Source: a virus. From it: a stretch of DNA of 64,000 nt. Each line of letters begins with the position of its first letter. Position 1 is the stretch's first letter. Location of the stretch: the IMG/VR virus record IMGVR_UViG_3300028920_000052, positions 33,596 to 97,595 of that record; one strand, 5' to 3'. A model generated the notes under the pieces. The model ran no database searches, had not been told where the DNA came from, and saw nothing but the letters and a program-made list of their open reading frames with translations. The translations under genes were made by a program, and so were the position numbers. Of this stretch, positions 37,274-48,169 are shown piece by piece.

Positions 37274-37792
37274 ATGAATAAAGCAATATTCAATACAATA
37301 GAATCCTACCTAGACAAGCTAGTTGAGATTAATCAGTTACTAGGCTATCCTGATGATAGGGGTACAGTAACCTATGCGAGTTTTGAACCTGAACCTGTGG
37401 AAATATATGAACAGGATGAAGAAGGTAATGATATTCTAGTTAGAACATACTACGAGATGCAGATAGAACAGAGTGTGCTACACCTGTTTCATAATCATAC
37501 AGAGTTTACAGAAGGATATGCTAAACTAATTGCTAAGAAAGCACAGGATAAACCTGTTAGAGTATTAGTACCTATTGATGTATTTAAGGATTGGCAAGAG
37601 AGTAGTCATCCTGAGGTTATAGCGTTAATGCAGTATTGTAATGCTAATGGTATAACAGAGGCAGCCTTTGAAGAAGGTTTTACTGAAGGTTATGATGTTG
37701 AGAATATACTTCCAAAGCAGGTGTACTTAGAATTTATTTACCCTATTCATGCAGAGCTAGCAGTAAAGCATGGAGCAATAATTGAGGAATGA
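37274..37792 (+). CDS. hypothetical protein
   Basis: 172 aa acidic ORF. Confidence 0.7.
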   Translation: MNKAIFNTIESYLDKLVEINQLLGYPDDRGTVTYASFEPEPVEIYEQDEEGNDILVRTYYEMQIEQSVLHLFHNHTEFTEGYAKLIAKKAQDKPVRVLVPIDVFKDWQESSHPEVIALMQYCNANGITEAAFEEGFTEGYDVENILPKQVYLEFIYPIHAELAVKHGAIIEE

Positions 37793-38235
37793 TTATGTGG
37801 ACGGAAGCATCTTTACTTTTGATAATAATTTATGCTATTATAGTAGTAAGTTGTTTTGGATTACAGGACAGTTTTAGCGCAAGTTATAAAGAAGTAGGAA
37901 ATTGGTTTACTGTGTGGTGTATTTCAGTAGGAATACTCTTATTTATAGGATTAGTTAAAGAAAATCCTATAGTATTATTTCCTACATTTGGATTTATAGT
38001 AGTAGGACTTGCTCCTAAATTTGATGAGTGGCAGAAACCTATTCATTACCTAGGTGCTTTATTTATAATATTAGGAGGATGTGGTGTTATAGCTTATGAA
38101 AAGTTTTGGTATGGGTTAATTGCTTTAGGCATTATAGCAAGTTTTACTTTGTTAACTAGAAAGATAAAAAGAAAAATATTATGGTTGGAGATAATATCAA
38201 TCATTACTATATATAGTTTTATTTTAATAAAATAA
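37789..38235 (+). CDS. multi-pass membrane protein
   Basis: five to six hydrophobic segments. Confidence 0.75.
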   Translation: MIMWTEASLLLIIIYAIIVVSCFGLQDSFSASYKEVGNWFTVWCISVGILLFIGLVKENPIVLFPTFGFIVVGLAPKFDEWQKPIHYLGALFIILGGCGVIAYEKFWYGLIALGIIASFTLLTRKIKRKILWLEIISIITIYSFILIK

Positions 38236-38260
38236 ATATTAACATTTTATACAAAGAACA

Positions 38261-38659
38261 ATGGAAGGAAAAGAGGCAGACCTTACTAAGAAGGTAGAAG
38301 AATTACAAGAAAGTAACATTAATTTAAGATTTAATACTGTGGAAAAAGAACTGCTTGAAATAAAAACTCTTCTTAGAGAATCTATCAATAAAGCAGAGTT
38401 AAACCATGAGTTAGCCCTGAAAAATATTGATGTAGTTAAAGGAAAAATAACTATACTTGAAGAAAAATACAGGAACTGCCCTATCAATACTTACAAAAGT
38501 GAATTAAAAAGATATGCTTTAGAAACTAGATTTTTACGGGCTGTATTTACTAATCCCATTAAAGGAACATTAGCCTTAACTGCTTGGATAACATTAGTTA
38601 TAGTTTTATTAGCAGCATTTGGACTAGAACCTCTTTTAAAATTAATAGCTTTATTCTAA
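38261..38659 (+). CDS. coiled-coil protein with C-terminal TM (holin-like)
   Basis: heptads then TLALTAWITLVIVLLAAFGL. Confidence 0.55.
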   Translation: MEGKEADLTKKVEELQESNINLRFNTVEKELLEIKTLLRESINKAELNHELALKNIDVVKGKITILEEKYRNCPINTYKSELKRYALETRFLRAVFTNPIKGTLALTAWITLVIVLLAAFGLEPLLKLIALF

Positions 38660-38663
38660 TATT

Positions 38664-39134
38664 ATGGCAAACTTTACAATAAGTCAAGCAGTAGATGGAT
38701 CAACTATAACTATTACAGATACTAGAACTATAACTACTACCTATGTAATTACAGTTCAATCTGATAGTATGGATGATACTGAAACTCAAACTCTAAGTCT
38801 ATCAGGAGCACAAATTGAAGATTTGGCTACAGGACTTTCCTTAGAACCTAGTGATGTAGGATATGATAATACTACATGGGTTGATGGAGTATTTACTTTT
38901 AATGTTACTACTAACGATTTAGATGCTGAAGAATTAGTAAAAGCTTTCATGGAAATAGCAGCAGGAGAAGTATTTGCTAATGCTTTAAATTATAGACTTT
39001 ACTTAGATACTAAAGAGAAAAGTGCTATATTAGAGCAAATGAGGCTACTAAATAACATGGGCTATGCAGCAGAAATTGGAAGCCCTACAGCTTTTTCAGA
39101 GAATTTAGAACTATTACAAGACCTACTTGAATAA
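38664..39134 (+). CDS. putative tail hub/fibre attachment protein
   Basis: beta N-half and helical C-half; synteny inference. Confidence 0.45.
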   Translation: MANFTISQAVDGSTITITDTRTITTTYVITVQSDSMDDTETQTLSLSGAQIEDLATGLSLEPSDVGYDNTTWVDGVFTFNVTTNDLDAEELVKAFMEIAAGEVFANALNYRLYLDTKEKSAILEQMRLLNNMGYAAEIGSPTAFSENLELLQDLLE

Positions 39135-39421
39135 TGACAGCAGAAGAATTAGCAACAGTAATATCTACATTGAAATACAATTACTTAATTGTAAATGGTG
39201 TTTATATTAATAAAGTAAGAATAGGAAGTTTTACTACAGTAAACAGACTTAGAGAACTTCTTGAGGCTGTGGATATATTCCTACAGATATTAGATTACTA
39301 TGCTGATATACCTTCTGATGAATTAGAAGATGCAGAAATTGATGAGGATGATATACTCATTATTATAGCAGAAGCAGATAAATTACTGGATACATATAAA
39401 CTATACTATGGCTCTAGATAA
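39134..39421 (+). CDS. putative tail hub protein
   Basis: 95 aa helical; synteny inference. Confidence 0.45.
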   Translation: MTAEELATVISTLKYNYLIVNGVYINKVRIGSFTTVNRLRELLEAVDIFLQILDYYADIPSDELEDAEIDEDDILIIIAEADKLLDTYKLYYGSR

Positions 39422-40994
39422 AGATTACTCGCCAGACTTTAGTACTGGAAGTACTTACACAACTGATAGTCCATTATCAATAGACCCTGATTCTATAGGG
39501 GCTAGTGATGGTTCTCCTAGTTTTGTAGTACCAGCAACAGGAGGAGGAACTACTATTACTGATTATGTATCAGCTTCAACAGGAGGTACTTTTAGTGGAT
39601 TAGTTAGTTATAATAATGCTAAAACTTTATCAGGAGATTATAACTTTACTTATAAATCTTGGGTTGAAAATGCCATAGCTACTGCCGTATCTTCTGGGGC
39701 ATTTACAACTTTATTCACTACCCTGTTTGAATCAGCAGATTTAGCAGATTTGGCTGTAAAAAAACACAATGATTTAACAGATCATCAAGGAGGGCAAACT
39801 GACCAATATTATCACTTAAATGCTACTTGGTATGCTAATGCCTCAAGATTTGCTACAGCTGCTGTATCAGGAATATTGAGTACTACAGATTGGAACACCT
39901 TTAATAACAAACTCTCTAGTGTTACAGCTGGTACAGGAATATCTGTTACAGGTAGTACTATTAGTACTAATGATAGTGAAATAGACCATGACTCCTTAAG
40001 TAATTTTTTACCTGAAGAGCATATACCTAAAGATGATACTAAAACTACTACAGCTTATGTATGGTCAGCCAGTAAAATTATATCTTATGTAGGAGAACAA
40101 ATTCCTGCTACTCTTACAGATTATGTATCTAAAGCAAGTGGAGGAGTATTTAGTGGTACTATTTCTTACAACGATGAAAAATCTATTACTACTAATTTCC
40201 AAATTCCACATAAAAAATACGTAGATGATGCTATATCTGCAGCTTTAACAGATTATGCTACAGATACTGATGTATCAGATGCTATAAGTGCAATAACTAT
40301 TGTCCATGCTGATACAACAGGTAAACAAGGAGGAACTAGTGGACAATATTATCACCTAACTCAAGCACAACATACTATAGCAACTCAATCTGCTACTACT
40401 GCTAGAGATGGTTACTTAACTAAAGAGAATTTTGATATATTTACTGCTAAACTAGATAGCTTTAGTGTTAGTGTAAGTTCCACACTTACAACTTTTTTAG
40501 AATTTACTGGAGGAGTATTATACTGGGATCCTTCTGTATTAGACCACGATGCTCTACTTAATTATGAAGCGGATGAGCATACCCCCCTTGATGATTCATC
40601 TACAACAGATTCTAATCTTTGGTCAGCAGAAAAGATAGTTTCCATTGCGGGAACTATATATACAGTTACTTTAGCCCCTGGTACAAGTTTAGCAACTACT
40701 GCAGGAGGAAGATTATATGTGGCAGGAGGAGTAGTTGTTCCTTCTGGATGGACAGTAACTAATCCTAGTGGTAATGATTTACTTATAACGCATAGTCTTG
40801 GTAAAAAATTAAAGTCTATTTCTATATGGGTTTCTGAGGGGGATACTGATGATACTATTAAACTTGAAGGGACTATAGGATATACAACCTGTACTAATAC
40901 ATATGGTACTGGGTATAATGCTCTTACTTTGACAGATATAAACTGTTCTACTGCATTTTCAGGCAAGAAATTAGATATACAACTTATATTTTAA
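39408..40994 (+). CDS. tail fibre protein with internal duplication
   Basis: two copies of TDYVS..GGxFSG...QGG...QYYHL...DHD...WSAxKI. Confidence 0.75.
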   Translation: MALDKDYSPDFSTGSTYTTDSPLSIDPDSIGASDGSPSFVVPATGGGTTITDYVSASTGGTFSGLVSYNNAKTLSGDYNFTYKSWVENAIATAVSSGAFTTLFTTLFESADLADLAVKKHNDLTDHQGGQTDQYYHLNATWYANASRFATAAVSGILSTTDWNTFNNKLSSVTAGTGISVTGSTISTNDSEIDHDSLSNFLPEEHIPKDDTKTTTAYVWSASKIISYVGEQIPATLTDYVSKASGGVFSGTISYNDEKSITTNFQIPHKKYVDDAISAALTDYATDTDVSDAISAITIVHADTTGKQGGTSGQYYHLTQAQHTIATQSATTARDGYLTKENFDIFTAKLDSFSVSVSSTLTTFLEFTGGVLYWDPSVLDHDALLNYEADEHTPLDDSSTTDSNLWSAEKIVSIAGTIYTVTLAPGTSLATTAGGRLYVAGGVVVPSGWTVTNPSGNDLLITHSLGKKLKSISIWVSEGDTDDTIKLEGTIGYTTCTNTYGTGYNALTLTDINCSTAFSGKKLDIQLIF

Positions 40995-40997
40995 ATT

Positions 40998-43900
40998 ATG
41001 AGTGACTATTTACCAGAAGTAGCATGGACTGTACGTGTTACTAGTTCAGAGTATTATAATCCTGTAGCTTGGAGTAAACCACCAACTACGTCATTCTACT
41101 ATATTGTTACAGTAGAACCTATTGATTATAATGACCCAGGAGTAGAAACTTGTGCTATTGGAGATTATTTAATAGATTTTGCTGGTTATGTATTTGAAGT
41201 TACTGAGATAATAAGTGCTACTGCCCCATTTCAGTATAAAGTTTATGATGTTAATGAAAGGGAATTGGCAGAAAACTATGGTAATGCTGGACCTTATGTA
41301 GGTAGAGTAGGTTATATTTATAGACCTAAAAATGGCGCAATTATTCTTACTCAAGCACAACTTAGAAAGTTAGATAGTTCTGCTGCTGATATTATCCAAC
41401 CCATAGAAAAAGGAATTATCTGGGCGCATGATTTTTGGGAACTAGATGAAGATGAAAATATTTACCAGTTAAATACAGGAGATGTAATAGTTAATAGAGC
41501 CATTGAGTTTCCTATAGATGAAGATAATCCAGATTATAAAGAAGGAGTATTATTTTATGATAAAAGTAAAAATGCCCTTTCTTATTATAATGAAAAAGAG
41601 GATGTAACTGTCAATATGGGTCAGGAAGTATTAATTCCTGTTTACAATAATACAGAAGACACAATTCCAAATGGAGCAGTTGTTTATCCTACAGGCTCAT
41701 TCCTATGCCCCGATGGGATAACTCGACATACAATAGACTTAGCAGATGCTCATCTATTTGAGAAATCAAGAATGGTGGCAGTAGTTACTCAAGAACTAGG
41801 AGTAGAAGAAAGTGGGTATGTAACAAGAGTAGGCTCTGTTGGAGGGTTGGATACTTCAGGGCTTACAGGAATCCTTTATTTATCTGCAACTACTCCTGGT
41901 ACTTTTACTAATGATATACCTGATGATGGTTCATATATTATACCAATAGGTGCTGTAAAAGTAATAGATGCTACTGATGGTTCTATTACAGTAGATCCAA
42001 AATCTTCTGCTTTAACTGTAGAAGTAACAGATACTAATGGATTCCCTCCATCACAACGTACTAATACAACATTATCTTTTGATAATGGTACAAGAACACT
42101 TACTATATCTGCTAGTTCATACCCATTTCATTATTATGATGAAGGGCTTAAATATGAAAAGACTTCTTCAGATTCTGTACAAATAGATGATAACGAAGGA
42201 TTACATTTAATATACTATGATGGTGATACATTAACATCAGAATTTAATCCAGGAAATACTGAAATAGATATTATAATAAGAACAGGTTGTTTAGTAGCTT
42301 TTATATACTGGAATGAAACAGATCAAGAACAAGTATTTTTTGGTGATGAAAGACATGGTATATCTATGTCTCCAGAAACACATGCTTATTTACACTTTAC
42401 AAGAGGTGCTCAATATCTTTCAGGATTAGCTCTTGACAATATTGATACAGGTCAATCAGGTGATTTAGATGCTCATGCTCAATTTAGTATTGGTCAAGGA
42501 TTAATAACAGATGAGGATTTAAAATCATTCTTCTCTGGTAACGATTCTGCAAGTGCATGGACTACATGGAACTATCCAATTTATTATTTAGAAGGTGCTG
42601 GAGCTAATTTAAGAAAAAGATACAGAACTGGATTTCCTGTTGATACTATAGATGGTACTAATACAACAAGACTTTCTTATAATGAATGGACTGGTTCTGT
42701 ATGGCAAAGGACGGAAGTAGATAATAATGATTTCGTATTATGCCATGTTTTTGCTGTAAATAGTAATGATCCTAATGAACGAATTATTATTATAATGGGA
42801 CAAAATGAGTATAATACTACAAATGCTGCAAGACAAGGAGCTAATCAGGAAATTTCAAATTTGTTATTTTCATTACCTTTTGCAGAAATGGTTCCATTAG
42901 CTACTGTAATATATCAGACAGGTGACGGTAAAAGTAACGCAGTTAAAGCTGAAACTGTGACTACAGATACAGGAAATGATTATATAAATTGGATAGTTAC
43001 TGAATTGGCACAAGGAGCTAGTCCTAGTTCTCATAGTAATTTAACAGGATTAGCGAATGATGACCATTTACAATATCCTTTACTAGCAGGAAGAACAGGA
43101 GATACACTGCATATAGATGACATAGCAGAGTTTACAACAGATGCGGGAATAACATTTGCAGATAAGATAATATTAGGAGATAATATTCAGACAGGTGCTA
43201 ACTATATAAGTTATGATGGTGATTCTGAAGGACTTCATTTTGATAGCAGTAATAATGCAAAATTTACTGAAAAGATAATATCTGAAGGTGATGTAGAGTT
43301 ACAAATATCACATGAGTTTTTAGACGATGAACATGGGTTGGTAGATAGTACACATGATGTACTTATAGCAGGGTATGTTGAATATGGAGGTTCAGATTAT
43401 TATCAATATGGAAGTTATCCAGCATCTTCAGGTGGAGTTATAGTTGATAGTTCTGGAAATGTAGGAATAAAAGGATTACCAAGTGGAAGTTATGCCTTTG
43501 AAACAACAGGAGCAGGGTACTTCTCAACATCTTTAACAGTAGGAACATTAGCAGGATATATAAAAGGAACAGCAGGTTTATTAAGTGCACAAGCAGTTCC
43601 TATTCCTGTAGAAGATGGAGGTACAGGAACAAGCACAGCATTCACAGCAGGGTCAGTAATATTTGCAGGAGCAAGTGGAGTATACTCACAGGATAATGCC
43701 AATCTATTTTGGGATAATGCTAATAATAGGTTAGGGATTGGGATAACTCCATCATATACAGTAGATATTACGGGGAATTTAAGAAGTTCATCTTATGCGA
43801 AATTGGGAGGATCACTTTATACATCTAATTCAAATTATTCATATCATACATTAACAAGTTTACTTAAACCTAATACCAATAATTTAACTGTAGTAGGGAC

Positions 43901-45419
43901 TGATATAGTAACACAGGCAAATGAAGATTTTGCGAACATAACGTCAGTAATTGGATTAAAGGTAAGTACATCAACAAGCGGGACATATGCAACTACTAAC
44001 GCTTATGGATTATATGTAACAACACCAACAGGTGCTACAAATAATTATGCAGCAATATTTGATGGTACTGTTGGTATTGGTATAGCATCTCCATCTCTAT
44101 CTTACAAATTAGAAGTTGCAGGTAGTGCTAAATTTGGCTCGAATGATTATGTATATGTTGGAACAACAGGTGCTGGAATTGGATATATTCAAAGTGCTGG
44201 AACAAATAATGAATTAGCAATTTATACAGGTACGAGTGAAAGAATTAGGATAGATGATAGTGGTAATGTTGGTATAAATGATACCACCCCCTCTTATAAA
44301 CTAGATGTAAACGGAACAGGAAGATTTACAGGAGCACTCACTTTAGATTCAACATTGGGATTTAGTACGGCAGGAGTTACTAATATAGATAGAATACTAG
44401 ATGAAAACACATTAGCATCGGATAGTGATACGGCTCTTGCTACCCAGCAAAGCATAAAGGCATATGTAGATGCTTTAACTATAAAAGATTTAACAGATGT
44501 TTACAGCTCTATGTCTCCTAGTACAGGCCAATTATTAGTTTATAATGGGTTAAGAAGTCCTGGAAGTTGGCAAAATTTAGCTGTTGGGTGTGGTGGAAAA
44601 AGTTTACATACTAGAGGATCAGGGGCAACTCCTGTTTGGGAAGACGTTAGTAGAAGATACTCTTTTCAAGAAGTAACAAATACTTTAGCCACTACTACAG
44701 TTAATGTGTATCAGGATACTATTTATAGAATAATGATAGATAATTCAGGGGCACCTGTAGATATAAACATACAGCCAGTAGTAAGTTCTTTGACTAACAG
44801 AGCTTGGGAGAGCACTTTAATAATATCTAGTGCAGATGCCCACACAGATGTTGATTTCTATGTTGGTAGTAATGAAATACCTGCTGGTAGATGGGTACCA
44901 TCACAACTAACCTCTTTATCAGCAGATACTATTTACATAGTTAAAGTTACTAGACTTCCTGGAAGTAGTACAGCAGATGTTGTTATGGAATATGCAGTAT
45001 CTTCAAGTACAATAAGTTCTAGTTATATAAATGTTCCTTCAGAAGTTATAGTAGGATCTACCAATGGTAGCACTGCTACCTTTGATGTAGAATCTAATGT
45101 AGCGTGGACATCTAGTGAGTCTACAGGTTGGTTTAGTATTTCTCCTACTACAGGTAGTGCTGGTACAACAACAGTAACTGTTACTACTAGTGAGGCGTAT
45201 ACAACCGATGGATTTAGGAGTGGGGAACTTACAATAACTGGTTCTGGAATCTCACAAGTAATTAATGTAAGACAAGCAGGAGTTTCTTCTGGAAGTTATA
45301 GTTCAGATTGTGCAGCAATGCTTTGGGAAGTATGTTTACAATACTGCGAAGATAATCCTACAGGTGAGCCTTGTACAGGATGTGTAAGTGATAATACAAC
45401 ACTTATTATGGAATGTTAA
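40998..45419 (+). CDS. large tail fibre/spike with BACON-like domain near the C-terminus
   Basis: GNVGI repeats; FDVESNVAWT...WFSISPTTG...RSGELTIT...INVRQAG; Cys-rich tail. Confidence 0.8.
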   Translation: MSDYLPEVAWTVRVTSSEYYNPVAWSKPPTTSFYYIVTVEPIDYNDPGVETCAIGDYLIDFAGYVFEVTEIISATAPFQYKVYDVNERELAENYGNAGPYVGRVGYIYRPKNGAIILTQAQLRKLDSSAADIIQPIEKGIIWAHDFWELDEDENIYQLNTGDVIVNRAIEFPIDEDNPDYKEGVLFYDKSKNALSYYNEKEDVTVNMGQEVLIPVYNNTEDTIPNGAVVYPTGSFLCPDGITRHTIDLADAHLFEKSRMVAVVTQELGVEESGYVTRVGSVGGLDTSGLTGILYLSATTPGTFTNDIPDDGSYIIPIGAVKVIDATDGSITVDPKSSALTVEVTDTNGFPPSQRTNTTLSFDNGTRTLTISASSYPFHYYDEGLKYEKTSSDSVQIDDNEGLHLIYYDGDTLTSEFNPGNTEIDIIIRTGCLVAFIYWNETDQEQVFFGDERHGISMSPETHAYLHFTRGAQYLSGLALDNIDTGQSGDLDAHAQFSIGQGLITDEDLKSFFSGNDSASAWTTWNYPIYYLEGAGANLRKRYRTGFPVDTIDGTNTTRLSYNEWTGSVWQRTEVDNNDFVLCHVFAVNSNDPNERIIIIMGQNEYNTTNAARQGANQEISNLLFSLPFAEMVPLATVIYQTGDGKSNAVKAETVTTDTGNDYINWIVTELAQGASPSSHSNLTGLANDDHLQYPLLAGRTGDTLHIDDIAEFTTDAGITFADKIILGDNIQTGANYISYDGDSEGLHFDSSNNAKFTEKIISEGDVELQISHEFLDDEHGLVDSTHDVLIAGYVEYGGSDYYQYGSYPASSGGVIVDSSGNVGIKGLPSGSYAFETTGAGYFSTSLTVGTLAGYIKGTAGLLSAQAVPIPVEDGGTGTSTAFTAGSVIFAGASGVYSQDNANLFWDNANNRLGIGITPSYTVDITGNLRSSSYAKLGGSLYTSNSNYSYHTLTSLLKPNTNNLTVVGTDIVTQANEDFANITSVIGLKVSTSTSGTYATTNAYGLYVTTPTGATNNYAAIFDGTVGIGIASPSLSYKLEVAGSAKFGSNDYVYVGTTGAGIGYIQSAGTNNELAIYTGTSERIRIDDSGNVGINDTTPSYKLDVNGTGRFTGALTLDSTLGFSTAGVTNIDRILDENTLASDSDTALATQQSIKAYVDALTIKDLTDVYSSMSPSTGQLLVYNGLRSPGSWQNLAVGCGGKSLHTRGSGATPVWEDVSRRYSFQEVTNTLATTTVNVYQDTIYRIMIDNSGAPVDINIQPVVSSLTNRAWESTLIISSADAHTDVDFYVGSNEIPAGRWVPSQLTSLSADTIYIVKVTRLPGSSTADVVMEYAVSSSTISSSYINVPSEVIVGSTNGSTATFDVESNVAWTSSESTGWFSISPTTGSAGTTTVTVTTSEAYTTDGFRSGELTITGSGISQVINVRQAGVSSGSYSSDCAAMLWEVCLQYCEDNPTGEPCTGCVSDNTTLIMEC

Positions 45420-45424
45420 CTAAA

Positions 45425-45456
45425 TTTGTATAATAAAATAAATTGTTATATATTTG
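45425..45456 (+). promoter_or_regulatory. Bacteroidota sigma-A type promoter before lysis genes
   Basis: TTTG-N20-TATATTTG. Confidence 0.8.
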
Positions 45457-45477
45457 CATAAACCAAAAATTTTTATT

Positions 45478-45711
45478 ATGAAAAAGTTTAGTGTCCAGAA
45501 TTGGGAGAAAAAGACAGATAGGAACTGGAACCTTATTGCAAATACTTTGGTATATACTCTCCCCCTATATAATAGTGTTATTCTTAAAATGCCTATACCT
45601 GATAATGTTAAAACTTGGGTATTAATAGGTTTAGATACTCTTGTTGTTATTTTTAAAATGATAAGTAGATTAACTTTAGATTCAAAATATTATGAACAAA
45701 CATCTGGTTAA
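45478..45711 (+). CDS. putative holin
   Basis: small, two moderately hydrophobic segments, directly upstream of amidase. Confidence 0.55.
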   Translation: MKKFSVQNWEKKTDRNWNLIANTLVYTLPLYNSVILKMPIPDNVKTWVLIGLDTLVVIFKMISRLTLDSKYYEQTSG

Positions 45712-46330
45712 TAGTAAAACTTTAGTTATCTTAGATAATGGGCATGGTAAAGATACTCCAGGAAAGAGAAGTCCTGTATGGGATGATGGCAGCCAATTAT
45801 TTGAATGGGCTTATAATAGAGTACTTGTAAAGTATATAAGTGATTACCTAAAAGTACTTGGAGTATCATATGTTATACTTGTTCCAGAAAATGAGGATAT
45901 TAGTTTAAAGGAAAGAGTAAAAAGAGCTAATAACATATACTCAACTTATAAAGAAAACTATGACTTAATCTATTTAGTATCTATACATGGAAATGCTTTT
46001 ACAAAACCTACAGTTAAAGGTATAGAAGTGTTTACTAGTGTTGGGCAAACAATGGCTGATCCTATAGCAGATATTTTCTACACAGAATTAAAAAATGTAG
46101 GTTGGAAAATGCGTAAAGATATTCAAGATGGGGATAATGATAAAGAAGAAAAGTTTTATATTCTAATGCATACAACCATGCCTGCGATACTTACAGAGAA
46201 TGGATTTTATACAAATGAAGAAGAGTGTAAGAAGATGTTACTTTTTAATTGGAACATGGAAATTGCTAGAGCACATTATAGAGCTATATGGAATATTGAA
46301 AAACTTTATATTAAAGGAGGAAGTTTATAA
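45692..46330 (+). CDS. N-acetylmuramoyl-L-alanine amidase (Amidase_3) endolysin
   Basis: ILDNGHG, E, VSIHGNA, PAILTENGF. Confidence 0.92.
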   Translation: MNKHLVNSKTLVILDNGHGKDTPGKRSPVWDDGSQLFEWAYNRVLVKYISDYLKVLGVSYVILVPENEDISLKERVKRANNIYSTYKENYDLIYLVSIHGNAFTKPTVKGIEVFTSVGQTMADPIADIFYTELKNVGWKMRKDIQDGDNDKEEKFYILMHTTMPAILTENGFYTNEEECKKMLLFNWNMEIARAHYRAIWNIEKLYIKGGSL

Positions 46331-46905
46331 TGAAAAGTAATATAGTGTTTTTACTATTGGTAATTCTTGCTGCTGTAATTATAGGTTACTTAATAACTTA
46401 TTTTTTTCCCCAGGAAGTTGTTACTACTACAGTAGAGTATAGAACTAGAATAATTACTAAGAATGTATATTTAGATGCAATACCTACTATAAAAGGAGTA
46501 ATACTACCAGAAGACACTATAGAAATTCCTGCAGATACTGCAGAGTTAATAGCAAGATATAGAAAATTGTGGTACAGTTATTATAGTAGGAATTCATACA
46601 GTGATACTTTATCTTTTGATACTTTAGGATATGCTGTAGTAAATCAACAGATATTTATGAATAAGATAGATAGTTTAAATTATTCTTATCTACTTAAAAT
46701 ACCAGAAAAAACTATTACTAACACTGTAGTAAAAAAATATAATTTTTATGTTGGTACAGAGTTAGGAAAAAATAACTTTAGTGTAATAAGTAAGTATAAC
46801 AATAGTAACAGGTATGATTTATTTCTTAGGTACAATATTCTTGATAATAGTGTACATGGAGGAATTCTTGTTAACGTAAATGAGATAAAAAGATTATGGC
46901 AGTAA
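46330..46905 (+). CDS. membrane-anchored lysis-cassette protein (spanin-like)
   Basis: N-terminal TM, DTI/DTA repeats, C-terminal amphipathic beta strands. Confidence 0.5.
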   Translation: MKSNIVFLLLVILAAVIIGYLITYFFPQEVVTTTVEYRTRIITKNVYLDAIPTIKGVILPEDTIEIPADTAELIARYRKLWYSYYSRNSYSDTLSFDTLGYAVVNQQIFMNKIDSLNYSYLLKIPEKTITNTVVKKYNFYVGTELGKNNFSVISKYNNSNRYDLFLRYNILDNSVHGGILVNVNEIKRLWQ

Positions 46906-47606
46906 AAACTCTTAATCAATTAGTATATGAATTAATTGATTTATACAGGGCAACTTATAAAGTAACTGACTCTTTGGATGTCAGATTAGTTGCAGCTTGG
47001 ATTCAACAAACTAGAGCTAAAATTCTTAAACAGAGATTTGATGAAAACATGAGGTCTATTGATGAGCACAATGTACAAGATTTAGGATACTTAGAACTTG
47101 AAAGAGTTGATGCTTCTAGCTATAGTAGCATTGATGTAAATAGAAGTATATTAAGAACTGTTAAAGATATTCCAAGTACCATTGATAGAAAAGGTTGTAT
47201 AGGAACATTTACTAGAATATCTAGTGCTGATAGATTACAACCTAAAATTAATTTAGTTAGTATGGAGAGAGCATTAGTTAGTGGTAATGGGAAATTTAAC
47301 CATGATGATATTTATGCATATCTTGATACAAATAAACTATGCTTCATTTCTAAATCTGGAATACATTTAGGATTAAAGTATGTTAATGTTAAGGGAGTTT
47401 TTGTTAATCCTATGGATGCTTGGGGCACTATAGGTACTAACGATGTAGATGATTATGATTGGGATACTGAATATCCTGTATCAGAAAGTGTAGTAAGAGA
47501 TATTATGGATATAATTGTTAAAGATAACTTTAGATTTGTACTTACACCTTTAGAAGATTCTGAAAATAATGCTACAGATGATTTAACTAATATAGCACAA
47601 AAATAA
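46896..47606 (+). CDS. tail ring/tubular protein
   Basis: 236 aa, VKGVFVNP...EYP pattern; crAss synteny. Confidence 0.65.
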   Translation: MAVKTLNQLVYELIDLYRATYKVTDSLDVRLVAAWIQQTRAKILKQRFDENMRSIDEHNVQDLGYLELERVDASSYSSIDVNRSILRTVKDIPSTIDRKGCIGTFTRISSADRLQPKINLVSMERALVSGNGKFNHDDIYAYLDTNKLCFISKSGIHLGLKYVNVKGVFVNPMDAWGTIGTNDVDDYDWDTEYPVSESVVRDIMDIIVKDNFRFVLTPLEDSENNATDDLTNIAQK

Positions 47607-48157
47607 TGCATTTTAAAAGAGGAAATAGAAAATTAATTGCTGATTATAGAACTAAAGACTTCTATGAGTATTATAAGAATAAGTATAAAGATAGAGCTGT
47701 AGATTATGCAAAGTTTGTAAAGGTGTGGGATGATTTTATAGATCTTAGAATGCAACTAGTTGTTTATAATAATTTAGAATTTCATATGCCTAATAGATTT
47801 GGTTCCATCGGAGTTAATATAATTGGAGATGTTATCAGAGTTAGAAAAGATGGTAATTTAAGAACTCTTCCTAATTGGGGAGAATCAAAGAAACTGTGGG
47901 AAACTATGTATCCAAACAAAAGCTCAGATGAAATTAAACTTATAAAAGATAAACCTATTGTTTATTATACTAATGATCATAGTTCAGGAAAATATGTAAA
48001 AATTATGTGGGATAAGACTTCATGTAATTTTAAATGTCATAGCCATTACTCTTTTAAACCAGTTAGAAAATGGTCAGTTAAAGTAGCACAATTTATTAAA
48101 AAAACCAAAGCTTTACATTATTACGAAAAGTTTACTTACGTAAAAAGTAAGGTATAA
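47606..48157 (+). CDS. divergent IHF/HU-like protein
   Basis: FHMPNRFGSIGV...NWGESKKLW...YYTN...YSFKP; crAss synteny. Confidence 0.6.
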   Translation: MHFKRGNRKLIADYRTKDFYEYYKNKYKDRAVDYAKFVKVWDDFIDLRMQLVVYNNLEFHMPNRFGSIGVNIIGDVIRVRKDGNLRTLPNWGESKKLWETMYPNKSSDEIKLIKDKPIVYYTNDHSSGKYVKIMWDKTSCNFKCHSHYSFKPVRKWSVKVAQFIKKTKALHYYEKFTYVKSKV

Positions 48158-48169
48158 AACCTATTAATT

